Part shown: positions 61,301 through 64,000 of the stretch, piece by piece | How the letters are laid out: every line of letters begins with the position of its first letter | How positions within the stretch are numbered: position 1 is the first letter of the stretch | NCBI GenBank assembly: GCA_044226015.1 | Contig: JBGAHS010000005.1 | Coordinates: forward strand, 1 to 64,000 | Reading direction: 5' to 3' | Length of the DNA: 64,000 nt | Origin: Candidatus Obscuribacteraceae bacterium | Lineage (GTDB): Bacteria; Cyanobacteriota; Vampirovibrionia; Obscuribacterales; Obscuribacteraceae | Made by a program: the position numbers and the translations under genes | Notes under the pieces: generated by a model | Told to the model about the DNA's origin: nothing | The model's input: only the letters and a program-made list of their open reading frames with translations | The model's database searches: none

Positions 61301-62255
61301 TGCACCTGGTTCAACAGCTGCAAGCCACGCAATTGTTCCTTCACTTAAATCCAACGCTCTGTCTCTAAGTTCTGTAGTGCAGCCATCAGCAGTAGTACAA
61401 GGTTCGCCGCAATCCAACAATTTGAAATTCACTACATTCAATACCGCATTGCCAATGTCTCAAGTTCAAAGTGGCTTGTGGAGCGCTGCAAGTTTGAGAG
61501 ACATGACGCCGATTTCCTCTACCGCTTCGTCGCGTTTTGAAACTGATGTTGTCGAAGCGAATGTAGGAGCCGTCCCTTCATATTTTGATGATGTGATACC
61601 GGCAGTCGTCTATTCAGACACTGAGTTGGGAATCAGTTCTGGGTTGAGCTCTGAGCTTCAGCATGTTCATGCTACGGTTCTAAAGGCGGGACAGTCAGCT
61701 TTAGAGGCATCTCTAAGCAGAAATGAGGGTGTTCGAGCCATCAAGGTTAAGGATGCTTGTGCTCTGATTGCTCCTCAATTTGATAGTGTAGTGGAGACCA
61801 AATTTGGTCGAGTAAACATTGACGCTGGTGCACTCGTTTTACTCATTCAAAATGCGAACGGTTTAGCAATATATGACTTGGATGATGCACACGGAAAGTC
61901 TGTCTCATTGACACAGAATGGTCAGACCCTGCATCTATATCCGGGACTTGGCGTGCTGCTAAGCAATTCTTCGCGAGCCACTTTTGAAGAGTCGAATGCT
62001 GCTCAAGCTTTCTGCTATCGTGATATCAAATCACACGCATTCGGTGCTGGGCTGAAAGTGTTTAGTGCTGAGTTTTCAATTCCTTCGGCTATTCGTTCGG
62101 TTGCTCCGCTGAAGCAGCTGTTTGCTTCGAAGCAGCAGAGCGCTAAGCGTGTCTCCTCTCATTTGCTGAAGACAGTCGCTGCTAGCCAGCAAACTCGTAA
62201 AGGTGATAGGTTCCAACCTGCTCTGAAGAATACGAAGACTGCATTTCTGCATTAG
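49317..62255 (+). CDS. Giant (~4300 aa) secreted beta-repeat, filamentous-haemagglutinin-like exoprotein
   Basis: Uninterrupted 12.9-kb ORF, S/G/T/A/N-rich, signal peptide ending AEA-Q (likely start MTKRAG at 49332), GGxGGxVxL beta-helix-like repeats, eight ~133-aa internal repeats, distinct globular C-terminal domain. Confidence 0.88.
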   Translation: MECNGMTKRAGFLRRSNKRGVSKKTLTALSLLSLFAQCSAAEAQVHTGGATRPGSKDNTPLISGENLTGSQIAQQLNSGSKYFKLQTTTPIVGDLVIPKGVTLVNMVAASTSILNVTGNLIDSGKLVFRASSPLIDQANLAASNVVVNPGALISSLNNLNLNIHALNNIVNAGTISSAANLNLTAGGSIVNALPAGVTGAAPLMQAAQNLNLITGSGIITNSGVISAMSGNVNIAAVTASQSLKIDNVLGSIQAANAINVRDALYTGFGNLNLSGGDLISQTLNLNSGKGTVDVIANNITGVINVSACNAHIGALASPELKLGVLNVSDDPTYFNTGGDVSINSNISTNGTDLAILASGNVSINKATIDTSGAGNAGNLLIVAGAELSGAASGQVDNDTTTNITIANGAGSGGGSKSGGNVLIDSASSISTKGSSNGNGGSVQIFAYSGDTNAGSVQVNNSIQTGGNGTGKNGNVTIIAPGAANGDAINVSSISTQGSTALSATGTITLTAGSPTITGGNISVLNGTPSGGTFIAGSIGAGNIVTNGALSTNGSGVQLATAGKIIVGGNVQTDAEASQFNQNAGAIALLAGGDISASGKTQLAFTSTSFNSGADMTLLAGVALSADNTSASKVIATGASSTGGNIDFGNANGGPGATFNTATGKATFGNSGNFRAMAFNGGIGNKGHIELLTGATSVNTGSPSNQDFSGSINLIAGANSGVGISSGNLDSRQGNGNPNSGTINLQTATPQITASITFTNGKPGASSYSVGTTQASSIVVGSITSPGGSITVNSGTSTTLNGSINVLPIAPFSAPNVTLTSVGALTVLGGSSGQIKVNGALSGSNPSGIINVSASNIVVSGTGPWLVNADAQAGTANGGKVTITQTGSGGLTIGTSTTGNNIQVSAIGGTTGGNGGIVNLNSGGNLVVDPVAVTASPAGVGTGKGAQFAFSAGTAGSGNLNISGSLNANSTNTGDGGSISLTSNSSSAFLVNGNKVNFVNGTLSANAGTAGNAGSISIFNNGTGGVTLSNPADVTATAGIGGNGAKIDIESAGPVTIGSGLLSADPQGAGAGGSIVLIGSSVLLPTTGGGLLASTGSGTITVRALTAANTNINTINFLSAKSIELISDSGSFTLGANTINASSSAALVTKSNITSLTGIASVPNLTLVSTGGNIGVDGDTGRLSVSAANVTLKAFGSVWVTDSSAGDGNGDINFQDSVVAGTPYVNGAANTFSFFASGISPGKSIKSAGGVAILANDLDISSTGGLSLAGAITVTNTAAFISNDSILSSSVASLSSNAVVLFATGTGASIGADVNNRVTVKASTVTASATDGSVFLKVNSTGDVSGNINLVNAKVGSNQITNSAKDTFSLFAIGISSGNVLASAGVSASDIVITSTGGIAGTLTGGNSVALISTNSLSSSVSVSAPNVVLAATGTLSSIGTDSGVGRFKVSGATNLTLNAPGFASVWVTDTASGSVNLVDATVEGSSFTNKAGQTFSLVANIPSGSSLVTKAGVGVTATDIDLSSSGGIALAGNTVGTSSVALVSNDSILTLTGVTAPILLLAATGSSSSVGTSSLSRLTVNAESITLSAPAGVFVRDTSAGDLFGNINLVNATVNGTKYTNSSNGVYSLVADGIGIGNIDINAGSTVSGDSVNFTSTGGIANSGTITATTNAAFVSNNSITSIGSVSSSSLTLAATGVGSKIGVDANNRLTVSAATLTAFGNAVFITNTSKGDSNGNVTLTSASVNGVLYDNATGAGAFSINANGIASGKNLIVASGKFVNSPFEIVLKSSGGVSIQGILSASDISLISSDSINNSSLTGLLGCTHLTLVATGSKSSIGSSASPLQLNHSGLTAQALNGSVFIDDSTTGDGSGNLNLLNATVEGVSYENKAGTTWSLFANNIAAGKSVVSASGVNITAPAVQLYSGGGYKLAGNIVASTSAAITCDDSILASSLTGKVTTPSLTLYVYDSTSDIGTSSASRLTVDAASLSLFGRNVWVSDVSAGDANGNVNLINGTAFGSSSFVNSATATYSLIVSGIASGHSVKSAAGVNVNGAAVELQSSGGFSMSGDITATASIALVALDSIPSLGNVSAPVVVLAVTGSGSTVGKSGAPLSIDAGSFTFSAPNGGSVLVNNVSTGVIAAVDSSAFGSPYTNTAGNTYQLAAGSATIVSITGADVSAANVNLASGGDMDVTGAHIKANNIDLAAGNTLTITDNAITAQSNAVDGSGGSVTVSAGSIVGALNSTITLTANGKDNSSSPAGGFVNVTQASSFSVGSGKGEFTLAANAGQGVSDIAKGGNIALAVSGGTANSITIDPAFMSLKSGKAGGSGGSLSLISTGAIVFPTSSSIDVSASGTGSFSGGTVLMSADKITFNAAQKLSISANAASSGDGGSIQVSSTGAASSLSVGNSAGQFSLSAKAGSTSGNGGSVQVVSGGSLVFSSVGVSVDASAGGGNGGSVSMTATGALTLSESSYNYDGVGNGSGGFVHFEGGSISSSNLTISARSGTSGSGSGGAIEYKVNGSSDIAIDTPTGLNLIASGGSVASITGAGGRVSVTTAGKISVNPAAIKVAPLGTNGNGGTIQLSGSTISKVGGGRLDLSVAGVGAGNGGTLTLTQSTTSAQSVGSSASSNFSLNANAGSGGGIGGTIEINTGGNLTVDPAGLSILASSPNTTELASGGTLILASGANLFISGNLSASSAGKNASSIGGSITLQSKSATAFLIGNGTINGIKGTLSVNGVSNNGTINVSNKGGGVSDNQASMNAQFILLSTGNNGNLLINGALGGASTQQVTLHSNGKGTVTSAQSIQSAVVRVTGDSGNVSLTKLNVSKATDISVENSASSNITITGVIDKSQTASTLTVSGISIGNLVNVSTVGNLAVGNVVGNVVTLKSTGTTNQTLSVSAPVSATTGDIILSAPGNITLSGNLNAAGSVKVNTSSGDISSSAPMKAGAKGSVALVATKGSISASDDLSAGVKVSLSALKGSVTLASVGQNASTPALEVNSLNSIVNNGLITVTNTVSEKTTGTNASITVNEDMLVTAAAGTLLLNTSGSGSDINTAVNHDLSAGKSISIIASKGNLGIDSNLGSNSSTLSTATLTGLGVVTVNGSISGLSTTKVGITATATTGDVNIGSGVDLSAGGVIYAISGADVSLNVSSNIGSNTVPLALSAKTSLTVVSPSLVNLKNTAAASPAAPFTLNSSSAGSSFKLLATGSFVSKGVSSPTVDLTGANITLDGNVGGVGSTSVSLTATGTGSITNKSGVISVDSSKGAVTLNSGSGAIGGSSAIQVNTPVLNIASLGDVKVNNSGAAALTVNTPTSTSKSFTVSSNGAMVIASNVPNASSIILSTVNGNITLQGNLGKSSTTSINLSAGGSGAIVQNGKTIQAVGVVLASNSTDIGTVGTPFVVAASKTIQVNAGGTGNVILVNSGTAPLTLNTSSAGASFDFSTASNLTAGAVSAGSGSSIKLTTTGTNHSILIAGAVGNAGVNSIELTATGTGTITKSGAAAILHSDSVSLKSGSGNIGTATGGVLIEDAATLVVSTGGKALVNVTGTVDLTSNNLTVSALSTFGTGAVTISSQAGLTVPGISTAGNITLSTTNNGALTVSGNLTSTAAAGVISLLAEDAGTITQSGVSLFKAATINMKTGANGTIGTNLKSLQIDATNISASSTGTGLVNLTNNRSTATTLNSSSSGSGGFVLNTASLVTTIKGISTAPGDITLSASNGSFVMGGTVGSPSANSINITATNGSITQSGSSAIQGASVNLSVSGASSSVGTAAAVNVNTPSLAASTSPSGTGSVNLNNTFTGASVLSNSNAAAAFTLKSAGTSTSLNSILAGNGSVAGNIAITAAKGTLQTLPGAVLASTGGFLTLTNSDKTAGNIIIGAGSQLSTSGPSGKNVSILIGSTTTTVGPVPTNVNYTVDGKPVSSGSLPPNTFIFGSNGINVTNQSTVDMNVLGGAKVIFNTGTRPASAITVDGSGTTTHTVITADPPVVVAPGSTAASHAIVPSLKSNALSLSSVVQPSAVVQGSPQSNNLKFTTFNTALPMSQVQSGLWSAASLRDMTPISSTASSRFETDVVEANVGAVPSYFDDVIPAVVYSDTELGISSGLSSELQHVHATVLKAGQSALEASLSRNEGVRAIKVKDACALIAPQFDSVVETKFGRVNIDAGALVLLIQNANGLAIYDLDDAHGKSVSLTQNGQTLHLYPGLGVLLSNSSRATFEESNAAQAFCYRDIKSHAFGAGLKVFSAEFSIPSAIRSVAPLKQLFASKQQSAKRVSSHLLKTVAASQQTRKGDRFQPALKNTKTAFLH

Positions 62256-62469
62256 AACTCAGGCACATGCGTTTACGTTTGGAAATCGATTTTTCGCCAT
62301 ATCGAGTTAAGGACAAACCGTACTCGATGCGTCTTCAGTTGTAGTTGCAATCTTGTATCCGTATTGAACGAAATCATCAAGAGCGAATTATTCCGAGCTC
62401 TCAAGCATCAGCTCTCGTTAGCAGGTCAGTTGTTGTTAAAAGGATGTAGTCACTGCTTGGAATGACTGT

Positions 62470-63930
62470 TTACTCACTGGTGATAGTGTCGCCAAGTTTT
62501 GGTCGCTCAGCGCGAATTCCGAACTCAGCATTTACTTTCCTTGTTAATTCATCAATGGGAAAGCTCTCGCCGTGTGTGAGTACAATGCGACAGCCATTTC
62601 GAGCCATTGCTTCCATCCACCGCAGCAATTCTGACTGTCCAGCGTGAGCACTGAAGCCCCCTAGTCCTCTCACAGAGGCTCTCACGTGAATTGTCTCTCC
62701 ATGGATTTTTACGGTCTCTGCACCTTCGAGTAGTCGTCGTCCAAGGGACCCCTTTGATTGATAGCCAACAATCAACACTGTGGTTGTTTCATCCACCAAA
62801 TTGTGTCGCAGGTGGTGCAGTATTCTTCCCGCGTTGCACATTCCTGCTCCTGCCAAAATCACACAGGGACCACTGATATCGTTCAGTGCTCTTGATTGTT
62901 CTGAAGTTTCGCTGAGCCGCAGCGTTGTAAGGTCTTTTATGAAATGCTCTTTTGAGCGTAAAGCGAATGCTTCCTCATCCATTAGTTCGGGGTGATTTGC
63001 ATACAGCATTGTCGCTGCGATTGCCATTGGGCTGTCCAGGTAAATTGGCACCGCAGGTAGTGCACCACTTCGGAATAGCGCTGCGAGATGATAGAGGATT
63101 TGTTGGGCGCGGCCGACAGCAAATGTTGGAATGAGTATTTTTCCATTTTCATTAACAGCTTTCGTGATGAGTTCACTAAATTCTCTTATGGTGTCAGGAA
63201 GGCTTCGGTGATTTCTATCTCCGTATGTTGACTCAACAAACGCAATATCAGCTTCAGGAATTATGCTGGGGTCACGAACTATTGGTGTGTCCCATTGACC
63301 TATGTCGCCAGAGAACACAACTCTAGTAGTCTTGCCGTTTTCGGCTATTTCTAATTCGATACTTGTTGAGCCAAGAATATGCCCAGCTTCCCAAAATCGG
63401 GCTGAAATTCCTGGGGCTACGTCGATCCATTTTTCGTATTCAACGGCTTCAAACTGCTCAGTTATTTGTTCTACGTCTTTGAGAGTAAAAAGAGCTGAGA
63501 CCGGTTTCAATCCCAGGCGGTGTCTACTTTTATTTTCTCGCTCAATATCATCATGTTGTATTTTTGCTGCGTCTCGTAATATTAGATTGCTTATTTCGAT
63601 GGTGCCCTGCGTAGCGTAAACAGGGCCGAAGTAGCCTGCGCGTTTAAGAAGGGGAATTCTTCCACAGTGGTCGAGATGCCCATGTGTGAGTAGCACCGCG
63701 TCTAGCTTCTCCACTGGAATTGCCGACGGAATTCGATTTAGCTTTTCAAGTCGCTCTGAACCCTGAAACATTCCGCAATCGACGAGAATCCTTGCAGCCT
63801 CAGTTTCCACCAAATAGCAAGAACCTGTAACTTCGTAAGCTGCTCCAAGTATTGTTACGCGCAATCTGCTCACCTCTGTAGTTGGATTATACAACCCGAG
63901 TGGAAACTTTAATTCAGCCATGAGGATCAT
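62470..63930 (-). CDS. Metallo-beta-lactamase / beta-CASP ribonuclease (Ysh1/CPSF-type)
   Basis: VTGSC, VDCG, THGHLDHCG, AGHILG, FSGD, ESTYG, FAVGRAQ, GFSAHA, THGE. Confidence 0.93.
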   Translation of the reverse strand: MILMAELKFPLGLYNPTTEVSRLRVTILGAAYEVTGSCYLVETEAARILVDCGMFQGSERLEKLNRIPSAIPVEKLDAVLLTHGHLDHCGRIPLLKRAGYFGPVYATQGTIEISNLILRDAAKIQHDDIERENKSRHRLGLKPVSALFTLKDVEQITEQFEAVEYEKWIDVAPGISARFWEAGHILGSTSIELEIAENGKTTRVVFSGDIGQWDTPIVRDPSIIPEADIAFVESTYGDRNHRSLPDTIREFSELITKAVNENGKILIPTFAVGRAQQILYHLAALFRSGALPAVPIYLDSPMAIAATMLYANHPELMDEEAFALRSKEHFIKDLTTLRLSETSEQSRALNDISGPCVILAGAGMCNAGRILHHLRHNLVDETTTVLIVGYQSKGSLGRRLLEGAETVKIHGETIHVRASVRGLGGFSAHAGQSELLRWMEAMARNGCRIVLTHGESFPIDELTRKVNAEFGIRAERPKLGDTITSE

Positions 63931-64000
63931 TCCGTGGATTAATGCTCTACCTCTTGCGGCGGATGCGTTTGCGGCTATTTGGTGTCAGAATTTCAGGTAA

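Noticed and set aside
49724..61441. Many minus-strand ORFs of 60-411 aa within the giant gene
   Set aside because: Antisense shadows from the biased Gly/Ser/Thr/Asn codon usage of the 4312-aa ORF.
49317..62255. Classical autotransporter, RTX toxin or CdiA
   Set aside because: No C-terminal barrel, GGxGxD nonapeptide runs, VENN motif, immunity gene or TpsB partner seen.

Overview
Bacterial chromosomal window. Its gene content (four Ser/Thr kinases, MshEN-like proteins, many secreted low-complexity proteins, a giant beta-repeat exoprotein, no photosynthesis genes) resembles non-photosynthetic Cyanobacteriota (Vampirovibrionia/Obscuribacterales); this is inference from style, not a database result. 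Bases 1-38.5 kb hold signalling, envelope and housekeeping genes: a Gly/His-rich secreted protein of at least 905 aa that the ORF track missed because it runs off the left edge, a sigma-70 factor, a purple acid phosphatase, a HerA/FtsK-type ATPase, ackA, an aldo-keto reductase, htpX, heme oxygenase, a DUF4384-caspase, a TonB-C protein, a C39 peptidase and several apparent pseudo-enzymes. A tRNA-Arg(UCG) at 38572-38645 is followed by an island-like stretch with IS3 debris, a KAP NTPase and two PD-(D/E)XK-like proteins, a candidate uncharacterised defence locus. A 4.3k-aa adhesin-like exoprotein with no recognisable secretion partner and a beta-CASP ribonuclease end the window. Also notable: an unnamed ~80-aa domain shared by two different signalling proteins, and repeated tandem duplications at gene stop codons. 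All family calls come from motifs read by eye; no searches were run.
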